NCBI RefSeq assembly: GCF_009834535.1
Contig: NC_045697.1
Coordinates: 83,950,001 to 84,014,000 of the forward strand
Source: Camelus ferus
Taxonomy: Eukaryota
Reading direction: 5' to 3'
Length of the DNA stretch: 64,000 bases
Shown here: piece after piece, positions 1 to 11,280 of the stretch
Position numbering within the stretch: the stretch's first letter is position 1
How the letters are laid out: every line of letters starts with the position of its first letter
Made by a program: the position numbers and the translations under genes
Notes under the pieces: model-generated
The model's input: the letters and a program-made list of their open reading frames with translations, nothing else
Told to the model about the DNA's origin: nothing
The model's database searches: none

Positions 1-500
1 CAGTCTGAGGCCAAAAATTGAGTAGCAATTATCAGGTGATCTATGTGTGGGTGAGAACTAGACAGCTTGGAAGAATGCCTTAGCAGATGGGAAAACAAAG
101 CAAGTTAGAGAAACTAAAAGTAGTTCTGTGTGTCTGAATCATAAAATTCAAGGTGAGAGATGAGGTGGGAGAAGTGAGGAGTGGGAGGCAGAAAGTGTTA
201 TATATATAAAGAAACTTTGACTTTTCTGAGAAAACTTAGACTTTAAATGGAGGGAAAATAGGGTAGATATTGCATTTCAGAAATTTCACCCTGGCTATAG
301 AGCGAAAAATGAATTGAGGGTGGAAATAAGGCTGGGACAGAGAAGCTAGTTAAGAGGTTGTTGAAGTCTAGCCCAGACACAGAAGTAATCATACCAGTGA
401 AAATGGGATGAAGGGGCAAATTTGCAATCTATTTAGAAGTTGGAGCATAGGTCTAAATAAGTAATTGGATGCATAAGATAAGTATAAGAAAATACATAAG
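1..500 (-). mobile_element. L2 LINE fragment
   Basis: Degenerate purine-rich antisense L2 phrases (gatattgcatttcagaaatttcaccctggct; gagaagctagttaagaggttgttgaagtctag). Confidence 0.6.
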
Positions 501-544
501 GCCTGGAGATAGGATAGCAATGATTAGAAGAGATATTTTGAATT

Positions 545-730
545 CAGGTAGGCAAAGGTTCAAATCCTGACTCTACCACCTAGGACCTAAGACTGAATTA
601 ATTACCAGAAAAGAGAGACACTAATAACTACCTATCATAGCTTCTTTGAGGATAAATGTATAAATAAATAAAATATTATATGTCAAGTTCCTGACACCAA
701 ATAAATCTTCATTAAATTATAGCAATATGT
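545..730 (+). mobile_element. MIR SINE fragment
   Basis: ggttcaaatcctgactctaccac, then taataactacctatcatag and tgaggataaatg; MIR-like with part of the core missing. Confidence 0.55.
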
Positions 731-784
731 TAGTTCCTGGTTCTCTGTCTTGGGGAACTGGATGAAGGAGCCATTCATTGAGTA

Positions 785-1030
785 TAGCAGTTAGAAATGT
801 GCTGGCTTCCATCATAAGCTGTACCCATAGCAGTTTAAACAAAATGGGTTATTTTTCTTGCACAGTAAGAAGATTGGAGGTGGGCAGCTATTGGCAGTAA
901 TTCAGTCAGGATGGAGTCTTTGTTGTTATCCTTGCCTTTACCTCATGGTCACAGTATGGCCTGCTCCAGTTCCAGCCTCTAGTATCACCTTTACATCTGA
1001 GTCAGGGTTGAAGAGGATCAAGCATAAGAA
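785..1030 (-). mobile_element. MaLR LTR fragment (MLT1J/K-like)
   Basis: cagtttaaacaaaatgggttatttttcttgcacagtaagaag and ctcatggtcacagtatggcctgctccagttccagcc resemble old MLT1 LTRs. Confidence 0.5.
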
Positions 1031-1089
1031 AAAGGTAATGGGTTAGTCAATTACCCTGAGATGGAGAACGTAGGAGGAGGAGAGAGAAT

Positions 1090-1565
1090 CCCCAAATAAT
1101 AATAATAAACTTGATTTTGAATATATTGACTTGTAGAATTCTGTGATATATTCACATAAAATGAGGTTTAATAGGCAGTTGGATATATTGGCCTGTAGTT
1201 AAGGAAAGGGATTTGGGATTGAGGGGGAAGGTTAAATTCTGTGGGGTGAATGAGAGAACCCACAGAAAGGGTGTGAAGTAAGAAAAGAAGAGGACCAGGA
1301 CATAGCCCTGGCACAGAACACCAATGCTTAATGGATGAGTAGAGGCCAAGGACTGCCAAAGGCAAGAAAGGAGTGGTTAGAGAGGCAAGAGGACGGCCAA
1401 GTGCATGTTGTGTCCTGGAAGCCTAAGGGAAAACATAATATAAGCAGGACATGGTCCATGAGACAAGTGCCACACAAAAGCAAGGATGTGATAAGTGACC
1501 TTGCTGAGAACTTTTCCTGTTTTAGGGACAGAAGCTAGACAGGAGTGGGTGAGGAGCAGAGACAG
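1090..1565 (-). mobile_element. L2 LINE fragment
   Basis: aggcagttggatatattggcctgtagttaagg; gaagaggaccaggacatagccctgg; tgttgtgtcctggaagcctaaggga are typical antisense L2 phrases. Confidence 0.65.
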
Positions 1566-2897
1566 GAGAAAGCACAAAGAACGAATGTAAAAAGTCTTCT
1601 TTTTCTTTTGCTCTCAGAGTTCATATTTTAGGACGTCACTTGAAAAATTCTTTTTTTGAAAGAAAGATTTTTGGTAAAGTCAATTCACCTTTCTGAAGAG
1701 AATCAAACTTGGAATGAGAGTCTGGTTCTCATGACCTTCAGAGGGTCTCTTCCCGTGCAGCAGTCTCTGATTACATGGTCCATCCTTACTCCAGTGATGA
1801 GGCACAAATAAATGGACACTTTTGGGTTCTTGGAGCAGGGCTGTGTAAATGTTCACTGTATAACGCCTCCTAGTACTGAAACAAGCAGAGGGTTTGGAAG
1901 TCACTGGTCTGGTGCCACATGTAACATGAACTAACTTTCCCAGGCTCTTCTTTATTTAGTGTGTTTTTATGTAGATGAATGTCATGGAAAATAAAAGAAT
2001 TATGGGAAAATAAAAATGTTCCATTGTACAATTTTTGGTAGGCTGTATTCAGATTTAAAACACTGAAGTATTTTGGACCACATGTAAAATCAACATTTAT
2101 ATTGGACCACCCAGACTCAGAACACATGATGAGAGACTATAAAAATAAGAAACATTAGTGACATCGTATGCAGTTGGCTGATTATGCAGGTTTAAAAAGT
2201 TTCCTTCTGCTAAGGAAGGAAGAAAATGAAACACTTATTTAAATTTAAAGTACTCCAAACCATGCAACAGATTTAGTTATAAAAATGCAGTTTCCAGGGG
2301 AAAAGCTGCTCTCCCTCTCTGTGTCTGTCTGTCTCTCTTCTCCTCCTTCTTCTGATTATATACACACACCAGTTCAGAAAAGTACTTTTCAGAGGACAAA
2401 GGTTTTTTTTTAAATAAATGTTTTGCTTTCTTTTATTTCCTCTTCTTATGGGATTAGTTCTGCAGGCTGCAGTCAGTGAAAGCTTGGGAAAATAGTAATT
2501 TAACCCACTTTAACTCCCTTTTGTCTGTTTTGATCATCAATGTGGTAATTCTCAAAACATTCATTTTGGAGAATCTAATCCTCTAGTAGTTGAGTTCTCA
2601 GAGCTTTTGTTTTAGGATGTCACTCGTGACCTGGAGGTTAAAACCTTCATGTGTCCTCTACTATTTATAGAATTATTAAGTGGAAGTTTTCCTATCATAC
2701 TTTTTTTCCAGTGCTGGGATTTAATCAGTTTGAGCTAGAGAACTTTGGTTTTCTCCCCCGCCCCCATCTTGCCCCAAATGGGGACATTGTCCTATGTGTG
2801 AGGCTCTTTCCATTCCCTGAAGGTGGGCTGAGCAAAGGAGCGTGACGCAAGAGTGGGCTGTGTCCTCCATGCCTCTAGCGCCTCTGCCGCTTTGTGA

Positions 2898-3011
2898 ATG
2901 ATCCTATTAGCAGAGCAAATTCGCGGCGGCTGCCGGGGCGGCGGCGGCGGCGGCGGCGGCTCCAGCGGAGGTTCCGCGCGCCCCAGTCCTGCCTTCTTGG
3001 CGGGAGCCTGA
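2898..3011 (+). other. Candidate upstream ORF (37 aa, polyglycine)
   Basis: ATG 2898 to TGA 3009-3011: MILLAEQIRGGCRGGGGGGGGSSGGSARPSPAFLAGA*. Weak Kozak context. Real only if the TSS lies upstream of 2898. Confidence 0.35.
2937..2960 (+). repeat. (GGC)8 trinucleotide repeat in the presumed 5' UTR
   Basis: Eight perfect GGC units read directly, preceded by GCGGCGGC at 2923-2930. Confidence 0.95.
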
Positions 3012-3067
3012 GGCTGAGTGCACATCCTCAGCCGCACCCAGGCTTCATCTGTCTTTTCAAGCTCTTC

Positions 3068-3082
3068 ATGCTACCCAATTAA
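3068..3082 (+). other. Minimal upstream ORF (MLPN*) ending 9 nt before the main ATG
   Basis: ATG CTA CCC AAT TAA, in the same frame as the CDS, weak Kozak context. Confidence 0.5.
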
Positions 3083-3091
3083 AAGAAGAAA

Positions 3092-3196
3092 ATGGGCACG
3101 GGGGATTTTATCTGCATCTCCATGACCGGAGGGGCGCCCTGGGGGTTCAGACTGCAAGGTGGCAAGGAGCAGCAGCAGCCCTTACAAGTTGCTAAG
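3092..3196 (+). CDS. SYNPO2: Synaptopodin-2 (myopodin), first coding exon, N-terminal part of the PDZ domain (35 codons, phase-0 intron follows)
   Basis: ATG at 3092 in strong Kozak context (aaaATGG). Translates to MGTGDFICISMTGGAPWGFRLQGGKEQQQPLQVAK, matching the recalled SYNPO2 N-terminus including the PDZ loop GGAPWGFRLQGG. Ends at splice donor AAG|GTAGGA (GT at 3197). Too short to appear in the ORF track. Confidence 0.96.
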
Positions 3197-4294
3197 GTAG
3201 GACAACCGAAGAGATGTTATCACCGATCTGGGCTGGGAAGGAAGGCATGAAAGCAACCTGTTGTTGGTTTTTTCAAGTTCTAATGCAGAAGTCCGTATAT
3301 AAGTTTGATTTTGGAGCGGACATAGAATTTTTCTAGGTGTTTTTGTTCGTTTGTTTTTTCCCCAAAGAAACTCTGGAGAGTAACATACAGCATTATGTAA
3401 TTAACCAGCAATTAATAGGGGAAAAAAGAGCGCTATATTTATCAGCTGAAGAAAAGCCTAGTTAATCAGCTTCTCCGACAACCAGCAAGACACTTGGGAA
3501 CGTTTCTTCTAGGCAATATTAGAATATACAGCTACGTTATTGTTTCACGTCTCTTTGCTTGGCTCTAGCAGAGAAGAAATGCTCAGTTCGGCATAACCAA
3601 TTGGCTTGGCTATTTTGAGGACTCTTATGAAGGGTTGGTAATGACATTTATTATAATACAGCGTTCATGAGAAGGCAAAATTGGGGCAGTAATTTTTAAA
3701 ATGTGATGAAGATGTCATAAAATCGATTTGAAGAATATTCTTTTAAGGTTTTGGCAAATAAATGCAAAAATCCACGTACTCTGTTCCATCATGTGTATTC
3801 TTCTTGTTAAATCCTCAAAATAAAAACTCAAAGACACTGGGAATATATTGTTAAGTAACTTAGAGTTAACTTTGAAATGCATCTATTAGTGATTTAAAGT
3901 ATTTTAGATGTTTTTGATTCTCTTAGATTGCTGTTTTTAGTTCAGAATGCTTACTGGTTTGCTTGAGGGGGTCTGATACGGTCTAATTGTGATTCAGTTA
4001 AAACACAATTTTAAATGCATGAAAATAAGCAGACTTTTATCTGATTTTAATACTAAATTGGAGTACTACATGAAAGAACACGTTTGATTAAATTTTTATT
4101 TTATAATTACGTTAAAAATAGTTCTAGATCTTTATGAAATATATGGACCACGGGACTTTGTAGTTATTCTTCTTTTCCTTTGGCTTTTTTATTTGTTTTT
4201 TAAAAAATGTTCACTGTGAAGAAAGGAATTTCTTTGAAATTTTCTGCTCGCAGGTTTCCATCGGAAAATTCTTTCATAATGCGATGGTGGAATC

Positions 4295-4308
4295 CTGCCA
4301 CCTAGTGA
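4295..4308 (-). promoter_or_regulatory. Candidate CTCF site
   Basis: Minus strand TCACTAGGTGGCAG, one mismatch to the core CCASYAGRKGGCRS. Confidence 0.45.
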
Positions 4309-4359
4309 AAATTTCAAACATCAAGGATGAAGCATAAAATGGGAGATGAAAAGCAGAAA

Positions 4360-4480
4360 TTTTTAGAACCAGAAAGCTGCTCAGAGATCCCCAGTTCAAC
4401 CTGCTAATTTTAGATGAGAAAAGAACCTAGAGAGGTTAAGTAATTTGCCTTGGGACTTCGGCTTGGAACTGGCAGAGTGA
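4360..4480 (-). mobile_element. MIR SINE fragment
   Basis: attttagatgagaaaagaacctagagaggttaagtaatttgcc is an antisense MIR core. Confidence 0.55.
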
Positions 4481-7329
4481 TTAAAGGGTACAGAAAGGTG
4501 GTAGGTTTCACTGTGCTTCTTTAGGAGTCAATGGCAGGCAACATCAGACAAAATATTAATGCGTAATTCAGCATATGTAGATTCATGAGACTGAGTGGAT
4601 TTTTGCTGGGTCTAGGAAAGCAGTTGGCTGGCTCCCATTCCTGAGATTTGGGTTCTAATTCCAGCTCTGATCTATCCTGTGGCCGGGCCTGAGAGAAATC
4701 ACCCTTTCTGACTCACCTAGGCGGGTATGTGTGTGTGTAGAAGGGAAAGAGAGACAAAGATTTTGAGTAGGGTGGGAAAGGAGGAAGTGTGGAGGAAACT
4801 AGACTTTACTATTGCTGAGGTTCTGTGTTGCTTAGTTTTCTACAGCCCTACTAGTGTACAGTTTTAAACCACTTGCCTACCAGTTAAAATGTAGGGATAG
4901 AAGTGGCTAGAAGGTATGATTTCTGGTGGCTCGTTCACGGCCAGATCTTTAGAATGGGTAGTGGGTTCTCCTGAGTTCTTGACGTGCTTATTTCAAAGTG
5001 GAACCACTGTGTGGCGATTTTTTGAAGAATTGAAGCAAATTGCTAGTGAAGGGGGCTTTGGAGGCGTTTCTCTGCGGATAGCATCTCTATTACCAGGATT
5101 CAGAGAAGCTATTAGTCTGTATGAAGGTCAGAAAATTCAGTTCTGCTCTCCCCCAAATCATCTTTCCTCAAATACCTAGGAAATATATTTTTAGTTTTAA
5201 AAAGAGCATTATATTAAAGCTTCAGGATGTTTGCTTTAATTTTTTAGTTTGATATGATAGCTAAAGTTATTGATTTTAAAATATCATTATGAAAGCATCT
5301 GGATGTTTTCCTCAATTACTGTGTGTGTGTAAAAGAGAGAAAGATGATAGTATATAGTTTTTTTCTATGTGTAAAAAGTGACTAGAGAGCCTTCTAAAGA
5401 AGATGTAATTTCTAAATTATTATGGCAATGCCCACTTTTCTTGGTCTAGTTTTTCCTTAATTAAAACACTATATTTAATTTCTTATATTCACATTATTTA
5501 TTCTAGAAAACCCTTGGAACAAAGTGCTTGTCACTTTCTTATGTTGTCAAGGCCGTGGCTTCACTGGGATCACTGTTTTATATTTAAAACATTAAGTCAA
5601 CTCAGTTCTAGTACTGGTCTCTTACTAGGTTCAAGGTGAAGTGTATGTTGCTTGGCATGGACGTTCTCCTCTTCCAATGATTGGTGAAACTTATTAGAGC
5701 CAAGTTACCTCCAAGTAGGAGGATGTAGAGGCAAGAGACAGAAAGGCTGGGTAGGGGATAGTTGCTGGCAAACAAAATGCTCACACTTTTGAAGAGCACA
5801 CAGAAGAATAATTTGGGAATTAAAGAAAATATTTTCAAACAAAACTTCAGACAGTGCTTAAAATCATTCCCCTTAAAATGGGTATGTTACAGAGCAGTTC
5901 TATAGATAACAAGTTTTGGCTTGTAAATATCTAGTGTTTAGATTTTCAATAATTCTGTATAAAAGGGAAGTTTAACAAGCTGAAGTAGCAAAAAAAAAAA
6001 CTAGTCTACTATTATTAAGAATGATCAGAAATTTAATAGCTTTCTAATTCCCAGTAAATATCATTCTAGTGATATGTTTAGTCATTTTTGAAAGATGTTT
6101 AAAAGTTTTTAGTATTTGACTGGCTGGCTGAACGGTAGGAAAGCCCCAACTTTTCAAGATCACTAACAGAAATATTAATAATAAAAATTTTCATTGGCAT
6201 TGAAGCTCAAGGCCATAAAATTCATTTGTTTTCAAGATACACTGAATTTTTTTAAAGGCCCAAATAATCACTAACCTAATCCTGGTTTTATGTTGTAAAT
6301 ACATGTGATTGGAAACAAACATTTCTAATACAGGGTCATAAGACAGCATTCTGCAAGGTATATTTCCAAGAGATCATCCATAGAAACAAATTTATCTGGA
6401 CATAATTACAACATAAAACCTCACTGTGTATTTGCAGATGTTTTTATAAAAGCATGTTAGCACTTTTACTTTATAAAACTTCTTTTTTTGAAACATGTAC
6501 TTAAATGGCTATTTCTCTGGACGTACTCTTGGAAAATCACTTTGGAAAATCTCCACATAAAGAAATGGGGGGAAATTTTTGTTTTGCAAACAAATCTTAT
6601 GAACAATTTAGAAATAACTTGCATTTTGAAAATAATAAACAAAAAAATGTTCAGACTATTTATCCTTTACAAGTTTTAATGCTTAGAAATGTAAGCTTTC
6701 TTTAAAAATATAGACCAGTATGGTACTTATTACAGTGAATTCAGAGTTTCAAACAACTTTATTAAAACTGAAATGACAAATTATAATCCTTCACTTTATG
6801 AGGCATAGGTGGATTTAATGAGTTTCATCTATTATTGTATATCCTCTCTTTAAACGTTTGAATAAAAATGTGTTTAGGCAAAGCATATTCAAATAACATA
6901 ATTCTTATCCCTTAGTGCCATCAGTGAGCTTTCTAAAATGTTTTAAATAAAATAATTCAAGAAACGTAGCTATTTCTCAAGGGAAAAATAAGAAAGATTT
7001 TGATGTGTTTGAATATGTATATTTCAGGATAAAAACTTCTTACTATACAGAAAGCTAGTAACATCTTTATTAGTAAATATGACTGATCACTTCGTTTTTT
7101 AAAATTGATTTTTAGGCACTTTCTAGAAATTCTAAAAACAGTTATGCTTATAGAAGTCCGTGCATGCTAGCTAAATCTATTAAGCACATGTTATATAAAA
7201 TTTTTATTTTGGAATTGCATGTTTTAAGACAAATCACTGTTTGTTGAAAGACAAGGAGATAAAATAATGACTATGACTCTGCATGAACTTTGTCATTATC
7301 TAGACATAATCCATATGTGGCTTGCATTT

Positions 7330-8200
7330 ATCAGGCTCTTGTCATGTGCCAGGAAATGTTCCAGGAACATCCCTGGTAGGCTGTCTTCTTTGTCAGTGCA
7401 GTTGGCCTGCCTAGTGAGCAGTGGAATGGGCGGTGGAGAAAAGCAGGTGGGGGGAATAAAACTGGAGAAAGATGCAGAGGGTGGGGAGAGAAAAAGAGAC
7501 ACAGACAGAGGCAGAGAGAGAGAGATGGAATAGGAACTTGCCCATTTGGTAAGGCAAGGATCCTTGCATTTCCCGTGGATGAATGACTATCACAGAAAGT
7601 CATTGGCAAGACTTGAGCCATCTTGCTTGGCCTACCCAGAAAGGCCAAGCTATTAGCCAGAGGCTGGCAGTGCAAGCTGGCTTAAAGAACTACTGGGGGC
7701 TTGGAAGGGATAGAGAAGTGTTGGACAGGAGCCCTATTTCCTGTGTTAGGGAATTATGCAGGGCAAAGCCCTCCAGGGCTCCGAGAAGAAATGACACAAT
7801 TGTCCCAGCATTTGGACACCAGCTGCAGAGAGGACAGTGTGGCCACTCAACATTAATCAGAGAAGCACAACAACCAACAAAGAGAGAAATGCTACCTCAT
7901 TCAGTTATGAATAAATAGATCTACCTTCCCCCTCCTTCTCCAGTCTACCTTCTTGCCTTCAAGCTGGGAGGAGCTGGAGGGAGGCAGGTAAAGAGCAAAC
8001 AACACTCTCCTCTCTGTGCTGACTCCTGGAGCCACAAGCCGGCCACAGTGCTTAGGGAGAGAGCTTACAGCCAGACGTTAGATCAAAGCTGTAATCGGAC
8101 TAGACTGTTTTAATAGCTGAAAGTCACCAGAAATGCATGGGATCTGACCAAAGTATTATTAAGGAGGGTATTTGGCTTTATTGTAGTTGAAAGCACTTAC
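7330..8200. mobile_element. Ancient LTR-like element (possibly LTR78/79-like)
   Basis: Abrupt GC-richer block. ggactagactgttttaatagctgaaagtcaccagaaatgcatgggatctg resembles old eutherian LTR consensus from memory; family uncertain. Confidence 0.35.
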
Positions 8201-8769
8201 TGGAAGACGTAAAGCAGTTTCACATTTATAACTGAATGACTGACACTTTTCAAAAACATCAGTTCCATCACACAGGTTCATATTATCAATCACATGTACC
8301 TAATGTATGTTAGCTGGAAAACTTATCACCAACTCATATGATTTCCATCAACGATCATGTTGGAGCTATTGTTTCTAGACAGAATGAATGAAAATCTGTC
8401 TTTGGACTTAATGAAAAAATGTAAACTACTCCTTTTTCCTTTTCTTCTTTTGTGGAATGTCAATCAGTACTTTAATAACCTGGGATGTGTTTTGCTATTA
8501 AGCAGATGCATAGCCTTCGGTTAGTCTAAAGAGGTGTTTCTTGAACATTTGCCATTAGAGGCTAGAACTCTCAAGTTAGAAGTAAGTACTCTCAACTTTT
8601 TATTTGGTATTAAACTAAGGCAATTTTTTAAAAAAGAAAGTCATATTGGAAATACCAAAAGTCAGTATGTGATATCACTAGGACATACACATTATATCTA
8701 ACTGGATAAGATTTGCATATTTTTCATGGTAATGGTTTTAAAAGACAGATTAGCTTCCAAAATAATTTA

Positions 8770-8783
8770 CCGCCCTCTGTTGG
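8770..8783 (-). promoter_or_regulatory. Candidate CTCF site
   Basis: Minus strand CCAACAGAGGGCGG, one mismatch to the core CCASYAGRKGGCRS. Retains its CpG in AT-rich surroundings. Confidence 0.5.
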
Positions 8784-8796
8784 TTAATGTGTTGTG

Positions 8797-8832
8797 AAGA
8801 ATATAAGCTAATTTAAGAATATAAGCTAATTT
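8797..8832. repeat. 18-bp perfect tandem duplication
   Basis: AAGAATATAAGCTAATTT at 8797-8814 and 8815-8832. Confidence 0.9.
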
Positions 8833-10566
8833 ATATATTTAGCTAAAAATACTTCATGTATGTATATCTTACAACTGTCTAAGTCTGCTAACATATGTTA
8901 TGTCATTTGATACCGGTGGGGTAAGCAAAGTTTGTTACTCTTAGTTTATAGATGAAAAAATTGATCCTGAGAAAATTTATTTGCAGAAAAATTATATAAA
9001 ACTGTCTAAAGTCAAATCTTAATTCCCTCCCTCTAGCAAGGGCATCATACCACTCTGCATCAGCCAGGGTAAGAGAACAGGCTATCATTTAGTAATGCTG
9101 AAAACTGCAGTGACTTTGATACAGAATTGGATCAAATCGAATGTCATCCATCTAAGGTTTGATCCTTAGAAACATTTATGATGATTTCTTCTTTCAATGG
9201 GCCTGAGGACAAAGATTACAGGAAATGCTTCTCTAGGTTTATGTGCAATGAGAGGCAAGACTGGAAAGGGACCTGGTTTACTTGTACATAAACCTGAAAA
9301 ATATATGGACTCCAAAATGTTTATTGTATCTATTCTAACAGATTTGTAATGAAACCAAATGCCATGAGATTTTTGTAAAAGGAATTGGAGAATTCCTGCA
9401 TCAGCTTCATTAAACGATCTGAAAGAGTAAACAACTTCATGAAGTTAGAAGCTCATCTGAGAAACAGAAATAACTTTTGCTCTTTGGGGGATATTTCATT
9501 GTTTGACCACCTCAATGAGAACATATTTGTAGTACTGAATTACCTTAGGCACTTTATTTTTCTAAATTATTTACCATTCTTTTCCTATTGTTAAAAAGCA
9601 GAGATGGCCAGAGTCTCCTCAAACTGTATCTTCAAGGTCTTTGTGTACTCCCTTGGCATGTGGCAGATCATTGGCCATATAGATGGAGTTTGGTGTTAAG
9701 ATGGTCTGGATGTAGTTTTCCTTAACTAGTGTATAAATCTGGTGTGTTTCAGATAAAGTACTAAAAAATGTGGTGGATTTACTGTTTGAAACATTATAAA
9801 TGAAAGATTGTGTCACTTGATTATATAACAAATACTTTTCCTATCCATTGGTCTTTGGTTTTTATAATCCTACTTACCCATGACTAGCATTTCCACTTTT
9901 ATTTGGAAGCAATTTTATCAGGTACTGACCTGATAAAATAATGGATGAGTTTTCCTGAACAGAACTATGTGTTTATGTTCTATCTGATTCTGCCTAGAAA
10001 ATACTCCTTCCTTTTATCAAAATTCAAGAATACCTGGCTTGAATTTCACCTTTTTAGGACCCAGATTATTTTTTTCCAGAAGAAGTCTATAATAAATGGT
10101 CAGAGTGTCATTTTCCTCCAAACATATTATTGCCTTTAACAGCACCTTCTGGAGATAATTTTATTTAAAAAAAAAACTCATATTGATGTTTATAGGGTGT
10201 TGGGCACTTCTTTAATCACCTTTTAAATATAATGAGAGAACCTTGTGAGATTACCCCATTTAAGATCCCCATTACAAAGGCAAAAAGTGATTAAGTGACT
10301 TCCAGATCACATGGGTAGGTGGGGCCAGACCTGAGGTTTACCTAGTTTGGCTCCAAAGTTTGTCTTCTAAGCTCCTACACACGATACTTTTGGATCTACT
10401 GTAGTTTGAACAGCCAGTTTAAGAGGGAAAGAAGGACCTAAACAGACCCTGATGGAAAGATTTTTGCGGTCCATAAACCAAACCTACTTCTGTTCTGACA
10501 TTAAATGTATTTTCACTAATTTTTAAATTAGTGTCAAATCGTTTTATTTGAAACTTTTATTTCTGG

Positions 10567-10632
10567 AACAAGTAATTTAGGAAATGAAATAGAAACAAGT
10601 AATTTAGGAAATGAAGTTAGGAAATAGAAACA
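10567..10632. repeat. 22-bp direct duplication with reshuffled partial copies
   Basis: AACAAGTAATTTAGGAAATGAA at 10567-10588 and 10594-10615, followed by TTAGGAAATAGAAACA. Confidence 0.85.
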
Positions 10633-10829
10633 GACTAGAAACTTTCATAATTCTGTCTTCTAAAAGATAGATTAAAATTTTTTTCTTAGATTTCCTACAT
10701 CTTCTTAAAAAACAAGAGATGCTACTTTATTTTTGAAGCAATACGTTTCTAGCACTGGGACCATGTTTGAGAATTTTTAATCATCTAGTTCAAGACATAT
10801 TAAAGGGGTATAAAGCCAACGCATTGAGG

Positions 10830-11070
10830 TGGTACTGACTTTACCTCCTCAATAGCTCTCTTTCACGTCCTGCTCAGTGTGCCTACTCCCGCTGCTTCAG
10901 CTCAGGCTCTCACTAGTTGTCTCTTAGATAACTACCTCGGCCTTTAGCTGTCTCCCTGTTTCAGGTTTCACATTCCTCAGGTTCATGCCACAGAGGGCTG
11001 CCAGAGAGATTTTTCTAAATCACCTGTTATACCACTGCTTAAAATACTTCAAAGCCTCCCCATCATAGTC
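10830..11070 (+). mobile_element. L2 LINE fragment
   Basis: gctgccagagagatttttctaaat and ctgcttaaaatacttcaaagcctccccat are sense L2 phrases. Confidence 0.55.
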
Positions 11071-11109
11071 ATCAAAATAACCATAACATGAAAAAAAAAC
11101 TTCTGTATG

Positions 11110-11280
11110 AATAAGTGCTTTATGAATTATTTCATTCACAATGGCCCTAACTATCCTTTTTTTTTTTTTCACAGACAAGGAAACTGAGCCTTAGAGAGGT
11201 TAGGTAAATAACTTAAGGTCATACAGCAGGTCCAGGCAGGTCCAGGGCGGAGGCCAGTTGGATGCCCAACGCACATGTTC
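11110..11280 (-). mobile_element. MIR SINE
   Basis: acagacaaggaaactgagccttagagaggtta and aaggtcatacagc form an antisense MIR core. Confidence 0.65.

Larger units (their letters stand above)
2650..3140 (+). promoter_or_regulatory. SYNPO2: SYNPO2 promoter / small CpG island and 5' UTR
   Basis: The only strongly GC/CpG-rich segment (about 2840-3140). Motifs: MEF2 consensus CTATTTATAG 2661-2670, GC box CCCCGCCCCC 2756-2765, MCAT core CATTCC 2811-2816, CRE/CEBP-like TGACGCAA 2843-2850. No clear TATA box. The TSS cannot be located from sequence alone. Confidence 0.8.

Noticed and set aside
2792..3037. Antisense 81-aa polyproline ORF
   Set aside because: Simply the GGC repeat read on the other strand. 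No evidence for an antisense transcript.
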